From the NCBI GenBank assembly GCA_050298055.1, contig JBNKTL010000012.1, forward strand, positions 1 to 64,000: a DNA stretch of 64,000 bases, given 5' to 3'. The translations under genes and the position numbers were made by a program. This document shows positions 46,934-59,188 of this stretch, in pieces. This DNA is from Spirochaetota bacterium (GTDB taxonomy: Bacteria > Spirochaetota > UBA4802 > UBA5550). The notes under the pieces were generated by a model that saw only the letters and a program-made list of their open reading frames with translations, made no database searches and was not told where the DNA came from. Each line of letters opens with the position of its first letter. The first letter of the stretch is position 1.

Positions 46934-48721
46934 TTAAAGGTCAATCTTGTCCATAAGAGAGTAGAGGTCTTCTCCATCTTTCGGAAATTCTGCAGTGAGC
47001 GAGGTCAGGAGGAGCTGTAATTCAGTGCTGTTGAACTGGCTTGTAATCTCCTGGCAGAGAGAATTCACAAGGGGAACGGCAAACTTCTTGTCTTTCCCGG
47101 GAAGTACTATGAGAATTTTATGCCGGCCGTACCTGAGTGAAAAATCATTATCGGACAGCCGGGTTTTAATAAGGTCTTCAAATCGTTCGAGCAGTTGTTT
47201 AAACGCGCTTTGACCGTAAAGGCTGTAGTATCTCCTGTAGTTCTTTATTGAAAGCAGTGCTATAGTGAGAGGGATCCCCAGGTTCCGGGAGTTTGATATT
47301 TCGTCCTCTATCCTTTTGAAGATTATCTCTACGTTGTCTATATAGCTGCTCCGGCTGCTGTCCATATACTGGATATTCTGTATATGGTAGAAAAGAAATT
47401 CAATGACCATCCCGAGTTTTTTATCAATCGCAGGAAGGTTTGCTTCAGGTGATAAATTAAAGATAATAATAAAACCCTGGATGTTGTTGCCCACCAGAAA
47501 GGGGTAGACCCTGAATATCCCGGCTTTTTGTATCTGTGATTCTTTAAACGTGGTACGGATTAAATCGGATTTCCGGAAATTATCGATTTTTATGGGAATA
47601 TCCGGCTTGTTGATAAACCTGATAAAATCATCATTCTTCCTGAGGGTGAACTTCGATTTTTTCAGTGACAGCCTGTCATCCGCTTCAGTAAATTCGGGAT
47701 AAAATCTTTCATCATCCCTGTGTTTTATGAATATCGCGTAGGTCTCCAGGCCAAGTTTCCCGAACTGCTCCGTTATGACACTGTTCACGTTTTTAATACT
47801 TGTTTCCGATTTTACCCTCTCTCTGAACTTATTGGTGTCGGAGATCTCTTCCAGGCTTTGTTTGAGTTTGCGGTTCTCTTTCTTTAAATTCTCTTCAGAA
47901 ATGATCTTATGCAGTGCTATGGCGGATATTTCTCCAACAGCCATGAGAAAATCTTTCTCCTCTGTGCTGTATTCTTCACTTGTAATTTTATCTCCCATGA
48001 TGGCAACTCCCATAACATCTGTTCTGTGAACAAGAGGCGTCATCAGGCGTGTGTCTATGGAGATGTAGTTTATATAGTCATCCAAAAGGTCTTTGTGATC
48101 TTTAAATTCTTCAATATCGATAATACTTTTTCGGGAAATAAGCTCCTTGAGAATCCCGATATCGGGCTCAAAGAAGAGATTCTCATTGTCTATGGTGAGC
48201 CCGCTTGACTGGGCAATGATCCATCTGTCACCGTTTTCAGGATCGGGAATTAAAAGGGAAGATGATGATGTTCCCAGTTGTCCCATAAGCGTAAAGAGGA
48301 CATAATCGTAGAGTTCTTCTCTTGTCTGTGCCTTGGAAATCTCCTTCTCGATTTCATAAAGGAGCATGAAATCTCCCGATACTCCTTCACGTTCTTCCGT
48401 TTCGGTCATGAAGGTGCTTTCAACCTGCCCTGTTTCAGCAGTCCCGGGTTCCGGATGCTCTTCCGAAGATTTTTCAGTATCAGTGAGGGGCCGGTCTTCA
48501 GAAGGTTCCTCGTCAAGAAGCCTCACTTCCACGGTTTCCAGTTCGCCCTGATCTTCCAGGTCCGAATCGCTTATGGTTTCTCCTTTTTCGGCCGGACCGG
48601 TTTTTTCGGGTAATCCCTCTTCAATTAATTCAAAGTCTTCATCAAGAGTAACAGTGGCGGTTACTTCCCCGGCTTCTTTCTTTTTCTTCTTATAATTTAA
48701 TGCTTTATCGAGAAGTCCCAT
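46934..48721 (-). CDS. GAF + degenerate GGDEF domain protein
   Basis: GAF-like central region; C-terminal DFSLRYGRHKILIVLPG replacing RYGGDEF. Confidence 0.8.
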   Translation of the reverse strand: MGLLDKALNYKKKKKEAGEVTATVTLDEDFELIEEGLPEKTGPAEKGETISDSDLEDQGELETVEVRLLDEEPSEDRPLTDTEKSSEEHPEPGTAETGQVESTFMTETEEREGVSGDFMLLYEIEKEISKAQTREELYDYVLFTLMGQLGTSSSSLLIPDPENGDRWIIAQSSGLTIDNENLFFEPDIGILKELISRKSIIDIEEFKDHKDLLDDYINYISIDTRLMTPLVHRTDVMGVAIMGDKITSEEYSTEEKDFLMAVGEISAIALHKIISEENLKKENRKLKQSLEEISDTNKFRERVKSETSIKNVNSVITEQFGKLGLETYAIFIKHRDDERFYPEFTEADDRLSLKKSKFTLRKNDDFIRFINKPDIPIKIDNFRKSDLIRTTFKESQIQKAGIFRVYPFLVGNNIQGFIIIFNLSPEANLPAIDKKLGMVIEFLFYHIQNIQYMDSSRSSYIDNVEIIFKRIEDEISNSRNLGIPLTIALLSIKNYRRYYSLYGQSAFKQLLERFEDLIKTRLSDNDFSLRYGRHKILIVLPGKDKKFAVPLVNSLCQEITSQFNSTELQLLLTSLTAEFPKDGEDLYSLMDKIDL

Positions 48722-50622
48722 TATGATATGCCCATGTCATTCAGTACTTTCGCGTACAGATCAAAGTATTCGGAATCCGCAAAACTCTTTATTGTGCTTT
48801 CCGGGAGTTTTTCGAAAAGACCGTCGAGATATTTTAAAAGATTTTTCAGGTTGTCCTGCTTCTCTTCCGGAAACTTTTTTATGAACCTGTCAATATCGAT
48901 ATCATCTTCCAGGATAACAATTTTATCGGTAATATCGTATATCTCTTCATGCTCACTCTCTGCAGGGGAACCGTCATCTTCAGTGGCTGAACTCTTCAAA
49001 GCCATTTCGTCAAAGAAATCCTCAACGATTATTTCAAGGTCGCTGTCAGAAAATACTATTTCATCATTAAGATCTTCCGGTCCGAGATGAGTATCGTCCA
49101 ATGCGTCACTCTCAAGAGAGGGCTCTATAATCTCCCGGGCTTCTTCCGGTTCTGCCTTATCCCCGTCTTTAGCAGCCGGTTTCTTGGGATCATGCACTTC
49201 TCTGCCCAGGAGTTTTTCGATTTCATCGATATCCTCTTCGAAGATAAGGGCATTATCAGAAGAAAGGTCTTCTTCGATTGACAGCTTGACTGTTTCATCA
49301 AGTTCTTCCTGACGGGGAGTGATATACCTGTAATTCTTCTCCCGTGTTTCTGAAAGGTCAATGGGTCCAAAATCCACCCTGAAAAGGTCAACCTCTGCTT
49401 CGATGTTGATTCCCTTGTATTCATCATGGAAGAGGTGGTCCTCTATCCCGTTCATTTCGTAATCACTGAGGCCGAATAACTCCACGGAAGTTTTTGCTTT
49501 TTCTCTTTCAACTTCCCCGGTTGAACCGTAATAATCGTCGATTTTCTTTATGTAGTCTGAATAGTCTTCATCGATGATGCTTGAGTCAATGATGTCAAGT
49601 TCGGTGTCCCTGTATTTATATTCAGCATCTTCAAAATCAATAATAAGATCACTGTAAGCGTTCCTGTCATCGGAAATAAAAGACGCGATCATTTTCCGGT
49701 CTTCATCATCATCTGCTTCTGTGAGGATGATAGACTTTTTTTCAATTACGTCACCGATTTCAACAGCAATATTTTCAAGTTCACTCTCTCCAAATTCAGA
49801 TACCGGAACCTCTTCTTTTTCGAAGGATTCGTCATCGATGAATCTTACCCTGCTGTCATCTGTTCCAATCTCCCTGATCTCATCGAGGGTATATTCCTTA
49901 ACACTCCCCGCATCAACAACAGAGACCTCCTCGACTTTTTCGGGGGAAACCGGTTCTTCATCTTTTTTTTCTTCCGGTACCGGCTTTTCAAGAAAATCAT
50001 CTTCGGAGAGAGAAGCAAAATCCGGTTCGGAAAACTCTACGATTTCTCCAAGGTCAATATCATCGACTATTTCATCTGAAACTGCTGCTTTCTCTTCATT
50101 TTCTTCCTGTTCTTCCCGGGGTTCTATTCTTTTGAGATCTTCGGGCAGGGTGTCCTGTCCTGCTGCGGATTCTTCTTCAGCAATGACTTCAGCGGGAACT
50201 TTTTCTCCTTCGCCCTCTGAAAGAATAGTGTCGATTATTGCCTGTTCTCTTTCTTCAGCTGTTACGGATGTATCATCTTCTGTGTGGGAATCTGATGGTG
50301 AAACGGGTACCGAGGTTCTCTTCATCCCTTTTTTTTGAGTAACCGGTTCATCAGGAGACGGGGAAGAATCATCTTTCAATGGTATAAGGTCAAATTCTTC
50401 GAGACCCAGGATAAGATCATTTTCCGTGAGAAAAAGAATGTCCTCATTTGCAATTTTTTCTGCTTCCCGCAGATCTATATTGCCAATGTCATCAACATTG
50501 AAGTTATCCGGCAGTTTTTCTTTCAGTCCGTTTTTGAGGTCAATCCTTACCTTTTGATCTTTTCCCGAATTGCTTTCAGAAATACCGGAAATCCTGTTTT
50601 TTTCTGTTTTCTCTTCTTTCAT
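48721..50622 (-). CDS. Highly acidic hypothetical protein
   Basis: D/E-rich ORF (open to 50646); C-terminus LLKYLDGLFEKLPE..FADSEYFDLYAKVLNDMGI resembles a spirochaete motif; stop overlaps next start. Confidence 0.8.
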   Translation of the reverse strand: MKEEKTEKNRISGISESNSGKDQKVRIDLKNGLKEKLPDNFNVDDIGNIDLREAEKIANEDILFLTENDLILGLEEFDLIPLKDDSSPSPDEPVTQKKGMKRTSVPVSPSDSHTEDDTSVTAEEREQAIIDTILSEGEGEKVPAEVIAEEESAAGQDTLPEDLKRIEPREEQEENEEKAAVSDEIVDDIDLGEIVEFSEPDFASLSEDDFLEKPVPEEKKDEEPVSPEKVEEVSVVDAGSVKEYTLDEIREIGTDDSRVRFIDDESFEKEEVPVSEFGESELENIAVEIGDVIEKKSIILTEADDDEDRKMIASFISDDRNAYSDLIIDFEDAEYKYRDTELDIIDSSIIDEDYSDYIKKIDDYYGSTGEVEREKAKTSVELFGLSDYEMNGIEDHLFHDEYKGINIEAEVDLFRVDFGPIDLSETREKNYRYITPRQEELDETVKLSIEEDLSSDNALIFEEDIDEIEKLLGREVHDPKKPAAKDGDKAEPEEAREIIEPSLESDALDDTHLGPEDLNDEIVFSDSDLEIIVEDFFDEMALKSSATEDDGSPAESEHEEIYDITDKIVILEDDIDIDRFIKKFPEEKQDNLKNLLKYLDGLFEKLPESTIKSFADSEYFDLYAKVLNDMGIS

Positions 50623-50900
50623 GGCAATAAAGAAATATCTTATCAATCCCTGTTGTTTAATAGTCTGAACTGCAACATCTATTATAGGTACCCCGGTTTT
50701 TTTTGAGGTTCACTTATGTTTATAAAATACAAAATAATATCAAGATAAAATCAAATAGTTTCATCATAAAAAGAGGAAATATTTTCATTTTGTCGAATAA
50801 TTTCTGATTTTGATACCTGGCTTTTAATTTTTCCTGAACATACTTATTATTTGAACAAAATATTATCTATAAGTTAATATCTTAATCCAATTTTTATATA

Positions 50901-51031
50901 ACCAATCAACTATATGGCCAAAATAGACCAATTTAGTGAAAATATCAACTATATACTCCCGCCGCGGTGGGCGGCGGGAACATATCAGTTATGTTTTGTC
51001 ATAAATATAAGTCTTAAACATAGCCAAGTAG
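50901..51031 (-). repeat. ~130-bp MITE-like element, copy 4
   Basis: Core tcccgccgc-ggtgg-gcggcggga; reverse complement aligns with 58761-58888 including tggccatatag. Confidence 0.75.
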
Positions 51032-51094
51032 TAGCATTTTTAATAATTATTCCATGTTATCATTAATATATCGGTCATTGTGTATGTTTACAGC

Positions 51095-51135
51095 AAAAAA
51101 AAAGCTGCAACAGCTTATTGCTGAAACAGCTTTTT
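51095..51135 (-). terminator. Rho-independent terminator of atp operon
   Basis: Minus strand: agctgtttcagc-aataa-gctgttgcagct followed by a T run, ~20 nt after the atpC stop. Confidence 0.75.
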
Positions 51136-51155
51136 CCAGGTTTTATTTTGTCCGG

Positions 51156-51566
51156 TTATCTTTTCGATACCTTCAGTTTTATTTTCAGGTTCTTTGCCGT
51201 CTCCAGGTATGTGTAACCCTCCCCGGTTTTGGCATCAGCTTTTTTTGTCTTCATAATCTCTTTGACTTCATCAAGTTCTTTCTGCAGTGTATCCGGGTCC
51301 AGTTCTTCTTTCAGATATCCCTTTTTCGCCAGGATGGTCAGATTGTCGTCCACAAATTCGAGAAGACCTCCTTCAAGCATGAGGTATTCTGTGGATTGCC
51401 CCTGCATGAGCCTGACTTCACCATTTCCAAGTTTTGTAATAAAGGGAATATGCCGGAGAAGAAAACCTCTTTCTCCATCATGTGCCTGAACCACGGCAAA
51501 ATCCACTTCTCCTTCAAAGATATATCTTTCAGGTGTAAGGATTGTACAGTTAATTTTTCTACTCAT
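51156..51566 (-). CDS. atpC: ATP synthase epsilon subunit
   Basis: ILTPER..GE, GERGFLLRHIPFIT; position after atpD. Confidence 0.93.
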   Translation of the reverse strand: MSRKINCTILTPERYIFEGEVDFAVVQAHDGERGFLLRHIPFITKLGNGEVRLMQGQSTEYLMLEGGLLEFVDDNLTILAKKGYLKEELDPDTLQKELDEVKEIMKTKKADAKTGEGYTYLETAKNLKIKLKVSKR

Positions 51567-51568
51567 TT

Positions 51569-52984
<1,416 letters not shown>

Positions 52985-53049
52985 TTAACTGTCTCCTTGG
53001 TCTCTTAATATCTCAATAAATATATTTTTTTTATCACCGGGAGCCGGAA

Positions 53050-53931
53050 CTACTCAAGTGCTGCTGCTCCACCGACAATTTCTGCAATTTCATTTGTAAT
53101 CTTGGCCTGTCGTGCCCTGTTGTATGAAATTGTCAGCTCCTTGACAATTTCCGTTGATGCATCTGTTGCGTTTTTCATTGCCACCATTCGGGCAAACTGC
53201 TCGGAATAGTTCGATTCCAGGAAGCAGTTGAAAACCTTTACATCGAGGTAAAGGGGGAGAATGTACGACAGCATCTCTTCAGGATTGGGATCGAAGATGT
53301 AGGATGATCGTCTTGAACCGGGAACGTCCTGAGGGCGCCCTTCTTCGGGTGTAATAGGCAGAAGTTTCATGACTTTTGCTTTTTGAACCGAAGTTGATAT
53401 GACATTGGTGTACGATATGTATATCTCATGAAACTCACCGCTTGTAAAGAGCTCTCTCACTTCAGAAGTCAGCATCCTTGCATGGTCCATTGTAAGTTTG
53501 TCCTCAAGGTTCAGTGTTGACTTAAACATCGGTTCGTTTATGAACTTCAGATAGTTGATTCCCTTTTTCCCGATGACATAATTGTAGGTCTCCTTTCCCT
53601 CATCCGCGAGTTTTTCCTTAAGGGTAAGTGAATTGTAGATAACATTGGTATTGTAACTTCCGCAGAGTCCCCTGTTACCGGTTATCATTATCATCAGGAT
53701 CCTTGTGGGGTGAATAAATTCACTGAAAAGCGGGTCGTACAATTCGCTGATATCAGAGCTCATCAGGTTCTGCATCACATCGTTGAGCTTTCCTTCATAG
53801 TTCTGAGACATCAGGAGCCTCTGTTGCACCTTTTTCATTTTGGCGCTGGCAACCATCTCCATTGTGCTTGTGATCTTCTTTGTGTTGGATATGGATTTTA
53901 TTCTGTTTTTAATATCTCTCTGGTTTGCCAC
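53050..53931 (-). CDS. atpG: ATP synthase gamma subunit
   Basis: KITSTMEMVASAK, RGLCGSYN, RQAKITNEIAEIVGGA. Confidence 0.98.
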   Translation of the reverse strand: MANQRDIKNRIKSISNTKKITSTMEMVASAKMKKVQQRLLMSQNYEGKLNDVMQNLMSSDISELYDPLFSEFIHPTRILMIMITGNRGLCGSYNTNVIYNSLTLKEKLADEGKETYNYVIGKKGINYLKFINEPMFKSTLNLEDKLTMDHARMLTSEVRELFTSGEFHEIYISYTNVISTSVQKAKVMKLLPITPEEGRPQDVPGSRRSSYIFDPNPEEMLSYILPLYLDVKVFNCFLESNYSEQFARMVAMKNATDASTEIVKELTISYNRARQAKITNEIAEIVGGAAALE

Positions 53932-53956
53932 TGATATGCCCTCTTATCTCCGGTAA

Positions 53957-55465
53957 TTATTCAGCAAGAAATTTTTCAACGAAGTCCGCCGTAACTTTAT
54001 TGAGTTTATCCGGATCATTCAGTACGCCGGTTTCCGCGATATCGGAGAGAATATCCTGGTGTGATTTTTTCAGCATATCCAGGAAGTTTGTTTCAAACTC
54101 TTTCATCCTCTCCAGGGGTATCCTGTCGCAATGTCCCTGTGTTCCGGCAAAGATAATGGCGACCTGTTCTTCCACGTGCATGGGAACATATTGTCCCTGC
54201 TTGAGTATCTCCACAAGCCTCATTCCTCTATCAAGCTGCTTTTGAGTTGCCGCATCCAGCTCGGTACCCATCTGCGCGAAAGCTTCAAGTTCCCTGAACT
54301 GGGCAAGGTCCAGTCTCAATGAACCGGCATATTTTCTCATGGCCTTGATCTGGGCGTTTCCTCCGACCCGGGATACGGATATACCCACGTCAACGGCCGG
54401 TCTTATTCCCGATGCAAAAAGGTTTGGCAGCAGGTATATCTGACCGTCTGTAATCGATATGACATTGGTGGGAATATACGCGGAAACTTCACCCTCCTGG
54501 GTTTCGATAATGGGAAGTGCTGTGAGTGACCCACCCCCCATTTCATCCGATAGTTTGGCAGATCTTTCCAGGAGACGTGAGTGACAGTAGAAGATGTCAC
54601 CCGGGTAAGCTTCCCGTCCCGGAGGCCTTCTGAGAAGAAGTGAAAGTTCCCTGTAGGCGTTTGCCTGCTTGGAAAGGTCATCGTATATGCAGAGTGTATG
54701 CCCGCCCTTTTCATACATGAAGTACTCGGCCATTGCGGTCCCGGCATAGGGTGCGATATACTGCAGGGTTGACGGGTCCGAAGCATTTGCCGCAACAACA
54801 ATGGTGTAATCCAATGCCCCGGCTTCCCTGAGCTTTTGAACAACACCGGCAACAGTTGAAGCTTTTTGTCCCACTGCAACGTAAACGCAGATAACATCTT
54901 TTCCTTTCTGGTTTATAATAGTATCAATGGCAATCGCGGTTTTACCGGTTTTCCTGTCTCCGATTATCAGCTCCCTTTGTCCTCTCCCGATGGGAGTCAT
55001 CGAGTCAACGGATTTCAGCCCGGTTTGTAAAGGTTCTTTAACCGGCTGCCGCTGTGCTATGCCCGGTGCGTTAAATTCAACCGGTCTCATATTACCGGAT
55101 TGTACGGGACCTCTTCCGTCAAGAGGGTCTCCCAGGGGCGTAATGATCCTTCCGAGAAGTTCATCGCCAACCGGCACTGCGAGGACCTTGTTAAGTTTCT
55201 TAACGGAATCTCCCTCTTCAATTTTCAGATAGTCACCAAGGATCGCAACACCAACCGTATCTTCTTCAAGGTTGAGAACCATGCCCTGGACTCCGCTTTC
55301 AAACTCAACCATTTCTGCGGACATGGCATTGGAGAGGCCGTTGATTTTTGCAATCCCGTCACCAACCTGAATGACCGTTCCAACTTCACTGACATCCAGT
55401 TCGGTCTTGAAACCTTCTATTTCATTCTTTATAAGAGATTTAATTTCACTTGTATTAATCTTCAT
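53957..55465 (-). CDS. atpA: ATP synthase alpha subunit
   Basis: [18 protein letters not shown]; start ATG 55465 (ORF open to 55477). Confidence 0.99.
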   Translation of the reverse strand: MKINTSEIKSLIKNEIEGFKTELDVSEVGTVIQVGDGIAKINGLSNAMSAEMVEFESGVQGMVLNLEEDTVGVAILGDYLKIEEGDSVKKLNKVLAVPVGDELLGRIITPLGDPLDGRGPVQSGNMRPVEFNAPGIAQRQPVKEPLQTGLKSVDSMTPIGRGQRELIIGDRKTGKTAIAIDTIINQKGKDVICVYVAVGQKASTVAGVVQKLREAGALDYTIVVAANASDPSTLQYIAPYAGTAMAEYFMYEKGGHTLCIYDDLSKQANAYRELSLLLRRPPGREAYPGDIFYCHSRLLERSAKLSDEMGGGSLTALPIIETQEGEVSAYIPTNVISITDGQIYLLPNLFASGIRPAVDVGISVSRVGGNAQIKAMRKYAGSLRLDLAQFRELEAFAQMGTELDAATQKQLDRGMRLVEILKQGQYVPMHVEEQVAIIFAGTQGHCDRIPLERMKEFETNFLDMLKKSHQDILSDIAETGVLNDPDKLNKVTADFVEKFLAE

Positions 55466-56024
55466 ATGCAACATCACTCCCGACTTTACTGAAAATTAGA
55501 TTATTTTTTATTCTTTTAAGCTGGTTAGCAACTGACCCGTCAATTAAGAGGTCATCAATTTTTATAATTATTCCGCCAAGAATTTTCTCATTAATTGTTT
55601 CATCAAGTATGATTTCTTTATTAAGCTTTTTGCTTAACACGGTTTTAATATTTTTTCTCACTGAGTCATCCATTTCAAATCGTGTGGTTACAGTGACACG
55701 CTGCCTGTTATTGATCAGATCGACCTGTTTAACAAACTCATTATAGATTTGATCAAGTTCTCCTGTGCAGTTGAAATCAATCGTGGATTTCAACATGTTT
55801 ACAACAGGGTCAGATAACTTGCCGGAAAAGAGTTTCTCTATGAATTTCTTCTTCTTTTCACCGGAAATATCATGAGAATCGAAATATCTCTTCAGTTCTT
55901 TCTCTTCATGAAAAAGTTCGGCAACTGTCCGCAGTTCATTTTCGAAATCTGACAGGACATTTTTAGCTTTGCCAACTTCTGACAGTGATTCCGCGAATAT
56001 ACGCGCGATATTTTTATCAGCCAC
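55455..56024 (-). CDS. atpH: ATP synthase delta subunit
   Basis: [27 protein letters not shown]; operon position. Confidence 0.93.
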   Translation of the reverse strand: MADKNIARIFAESLSEVGKAKNVLSDFENELRTVAELFHEEKELKRYFDSHDISGEKKKKFIEKLFSGKLSDPVVNMLKSTIDFNCTGELDQIYNEFVKQVDLINNRQRVTVTTRFEMDDSVRKNIKTVLSKKLNKEIILDETINEKILGGIIIKIDDLLIDGSVANQLKRIKNNLIFSKVGSDVAYED

Positions 56025-56070
56025 AATAACACCTTAGAGAGGACTCTTTCCTGATTGAGTCAGCCCAGAA

Positions 56071-56580
56071 TTACTGAACTGACTCAATTTTATCAAGAGT
56101 CTCATTAATTATAGATTTTTGATCATCAGGATTAAGGTTTTTGTTAATTATTTTAGAAGCTATATCAGTGGAAATACTAACGATTTCAGATTTCAGTTCT
56201 GCAAGAGCAGAATCTTTGGCAAGAGTGATCTCATTTTTTGTGCTTTCGGCAATATTCCTGGCGTCACTGTTTGCCTTCTCAATAATATCGTTTCTGATTT
56301 TTTCGGCTTCAATTTTACTTTTTTCAATGATATTCGAAGCTTCCTCCTTTGCTTTGTCCATCATCTCTTTATGTTTATGTAACAGTTCCTCTGCTTCCTG
56401 GCGGGCCTTGTCCGCATTGGACAGGTCGCCGCGTATTCTCTCTGATCGTGCGTCCAGAGCCTCAACAATAGGTTTCCAGGCGGTCTTCCACAGGATCAGG
56501 AGAAGTACGAGAAAAGTAATGACTGTCCACAACAGCAAACCCGGATCAACTTTTAATAATCCTTCTTTAATAACGTTCAT
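56071..56580 (-). CDS. atpF: ATP synthase b subunit
   Basis: N-terminal TM helix, WKPIVEALDARSERI, coiled coil. Confidence 0.95.
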   Translation of the reverse strand: MNVIKEGLLKVDPGLLLWTVITFLVLLLILWKTAWKPIVEALDARSERIRGDLSNADKARQEAEELLHKHKEMMDKAKEEASNIIEKSKIEAEKIRNDIIEKANSDARNIAESTKNEITLAKDSALAELKSEIVSISTDIASKIINKNLNPDDQKSIINETLDKIESVQ

Positions 56581-56604
56581 CAGCGAACTTTCCTGTTAGA
56601 CAGA

Positions 56605-56895
56605 TTATTTTGTTTCCACATGAGCCGGAGCTTTCTCTGGCGGCGTAGCTGCTTTTTCAATAGGTGCTTTCGTTGCCAGCATGAATGTTACAACCAGCGC
56701 AAAGAAGGTAAAACCCTCAATAAGAGCCGCCGCAATAATCATGGTTGTTCGCAGTTCACCGCTTGTTTCCGGCTGCCTGGCCATTCCTTCAAAAGATGCC
56801 GCTGCGAGTTTACCTATCCCAACTGAGGCTCCAAATACTATCAGTCCGGCTCCGAGTCCTGCAGCAAGATATGCAAAAGCTAATTCCATATTCAT
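56605..56895 (-). CDS. atpE: ATP synthase c subunit
   Basis: GLGAG..GIG, ARQPE loop, AALIEG; AGGAGG SD. Confidence 0.96.
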   Translation of the reverse strand: MNMELAFAYLAAGLGAGLIVFGASVGIGKLAAASFEGMARQPETSGELRTTMIIAAALIEGFTFFALVVTFMLATKAPIEKAATPPEKAPAHVETK

Positions 56896-57155
56896 TTTTT
56901 AGTATCCTCCTAAAAGTTTATACGATTTAGTTTTTTTTACCTGTTTTAAAAGTTAACGGTAAAGCATAATGACATTTACCTGAAAACTATTTATTATAAA
57001 CGAGCATAATAAAAGTAATATATATAAGAAGCAATATCAAATTATGGGTACATCAAAAATTAAATTTGTCATAATTTTTAAACGAAGTATACCCGCAAGT
57101 GAACGTCATGCTGATAACATAAATGTTCCCTTATTTGTTATTTGCTCCAAATAAA

Positions 57156-58034
57156 TCAATGTGCGTGCATAGACGCTCCAATATACATAGCTGAAAGCGA
57201 TGCAAAGATATATGCCTGGATAAACGCCACAAGCAGTTCGAGCATATATATCATCAGAGAACCGAATACCGATCCAAATCCAATCCAGTAGTTCTGGAAC
57301 ATAATAACAAGATAGAGAAATATTATGATAACAATATGACCTGCTGTCATATTCGCGAAAAGTCGAATTGTCAATGCAAAAGGTTTAATAAATATTCCTA
57401 AAAGTTCAATTATCCATAAAAGGGGAAAGAGGAAAAGAGGGACACCGGAGGGGACAATTCCCTTGATAATCCAGAATGGCCCCTGTTTGATTGTTCCAAT
57501 CACGATAATGCCCAGAAGTGTCAATACTGCAAGCCCGGCCGTAACGGCAAGGTTTCCGGTTGAGGTCGCCATTCCCGGGATAAGGCCGATCAGGTTCGCG
57601 AAAAGGATAAAGAAAAAGAGGCTTCCAAAATAAGGCATCGCTTTTATGATATACTTGTGGTCAAAATTCGGTTCAACGATTTCATCATGAACAAATCCGA
57701 TAAGGGCTTCCCAGAGGTTGACCCATCTCGATTTGGAACCAGCTGTATCTCTCTTGATCTTCCTCGCAAGGGGAATGAAAACTATAATTGAAAGAAACAT
57801 TGCCACCCACATCATGATGACCCATTTGGTGATCCTCATGTCGAATATCCCAAAGAGTTTATTGCTGAGGATCCCGCTGTTCAATTTGCCGATAAACTCC
57901 CCAATACCCCAGAATCCATGGTCCACGGGGTGGTCGGTTATATGGTGAAGAACTATATCATAAAGAGATTCCTTCTCCCCGGATTCTCCCCCCGATGTAA
58001 TAAATGTATTGGCAAAATGAATGAATTTAATCAT
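57156..58034 (-). CDS. atpB: ATP synthase a subunit
   Basis: KPFALTIRLFANMTAGH, LVAFIQAYIF. Confidence 0.96.
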   Translation of the reverse strand: MIKFIHFANTFITSGGESGEKESLYDIVLHHITDHPVDHGFWGIGEFIGKLNSGILSNKLFGIFDMRITKWVIMMWVAMFLSIIVFIPLARKIKRDTAGSKSRWVNLWEALIGFVHDEIVEPNFDHKYIIKAMPYFGSLFFFILFANLIGLIPGMATSTGNLAVTAGLAVLTLLGIIVIGTIKQGPFWIIKGIVPSGVPLFLFPLLWIIELLGIFIKPFALTIRLFANMTAGHIVIIIFLYLVIMFQNYWIGFGSVFGSLMIYMLELLVAFIQAYIFASLSAMYIGASMHAH

Positions 58035-58217
58035 CTATATATATCCTTTTGATTATTATCACGTTCTGTAGATAAAACAGTTTAAACTGCCACTCTGCTT
58101 GCTTTTGATTTTTATATCAAAATTATTACATACTGATTTCTAACCATCAGTCATATTGTCAAGTTTTTTTCTCGATTTTGCTGTTGATGATCTTTTATAA
58201 AAGATTAACAGCACTGG

Positions 58218-58475
58218 TTACATCCATTTGTATTTGTGTTTGTCCGGCTCTTCGTTGTCTTTCTGATGGCTTTTATCATCGGCCAGTTCTTTAAAGAGTG
58301 AGTAGAACCCGATGACCATGCCGAGAACAGTTCCTGAAATAAGGAAGACAGGGGTCATTTTATAGTATTGATCCAGCTTGTATCCTCCAATGACACAAAT
58401 AAGTATTGTGGCTGCAAGCTGCATCCCTATTGAAACATACGCAAAAGCGCTTTTCGGGCTACCTTTCCCCTGCAT
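58218..58475 (-). CDS. AtpZ/AtpI-family protein
   Basis: Two TM helices with GGYKLDQYY..TP; first gene of atp cluster. Confidence 0.85.
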   Translation of the reverse strand: MQGKGSPKSAFAYVSIGMQLAATILICVIGGYKLDQYYKMTPVFLISGTVLGMVIGFYSLFKELADDKSHQKDNEEPDKHKYKWM

Positions 58476-58760
58476 TTTTTTCCCATTATTTTTAGTAAAT
58501 AAAAAATATTATTACTTAAAATTGTCAATGAAATAAGGGAACCTATATGAAAATTTAATAAAAACCATGGATAAATCCAGAATTTGTGGCTATTCAGCTG
58601 TAAAAAAGTCTCTCATCTTTGAAACTAAATATTTTATCACTACTCAATCAAAACATAAAAATAATCATATTTATATAAAATAGCGGGTGTATTACTGCCG
58701 CCAATATTAATTCATCAAATAATCGAATTGTGACGATAAATAATTATCAAATAAAAGCAA

Positions 58761-58888
58761 CTATTCAGCTATGTATAAGAATAATTATATTTAATAAAAG
58801 ATAACTGATATGTCCACCGCCTTCGGCGGCGGGGACATATTGTTAATATTTTAGTAAACAGGTTGATTATGGCCATATAGCCGGGTAG
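58761..58888 (+). repeat. ~130-bp MITE-like element, copy 5
   Basis: ctattcagctat...atagccgggtag imperfect terminal inverted repeats; core atatgtccaccgcc-ttc-ggcggcggggacatat. Confidence 0.75.
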
Positions 58889-58922
58889 GAACAATTAAAA
58901 TTAAATAAACCGGGAATGATTA

Positions 58923-59177
58923 ATGAAGATATCAGTTAACCTTATAAAGCACGATAATGAATTTATTGCTAATTGCCCTGAACTGGATATTAATTGCTTT
59001 GGGTCAAATAAAAATGAAGCTCTGAAAAGAATTAAGAATGTTATACATTTCTACATCGATTCGGCAAGAGAACTTGGCCTTGATGTTGAAAACCTGCATG
59101 AAATTATGATTGATGGAGAATCACAAATTCCTCTGGGAAGTGAATCTATTCACACCATGCCTGATACGATCAATTAA
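58923..59177 (+). CDS. HicB-like antitoxin-fold protein
   Basis: FIANCPELDINCFGSNKNEALKRIKNVI pattern. Confidence 0.7.
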   Translation: MKISVNLIKHDNEFIANCPELDINCFGSNKNEALKRIKNVIHFYIDSARELGLDVENLHEIMIDGESQIPLGSESIHTMPDTIN

Positions 59178-59188
59178 CCGGCTGTTTT

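Noticed and set aside
46894..46977. Overlap of AOR with the upstream GGDEF gene
   Set aside because: Homology begins at ATG 46893, which removes the overlap
49721..50338. 205-aa Ser-rich ORF and other antisense/shadow ORFs in the track
   Set aside because: Antisense shadows of well-supported genes with no independent motifs
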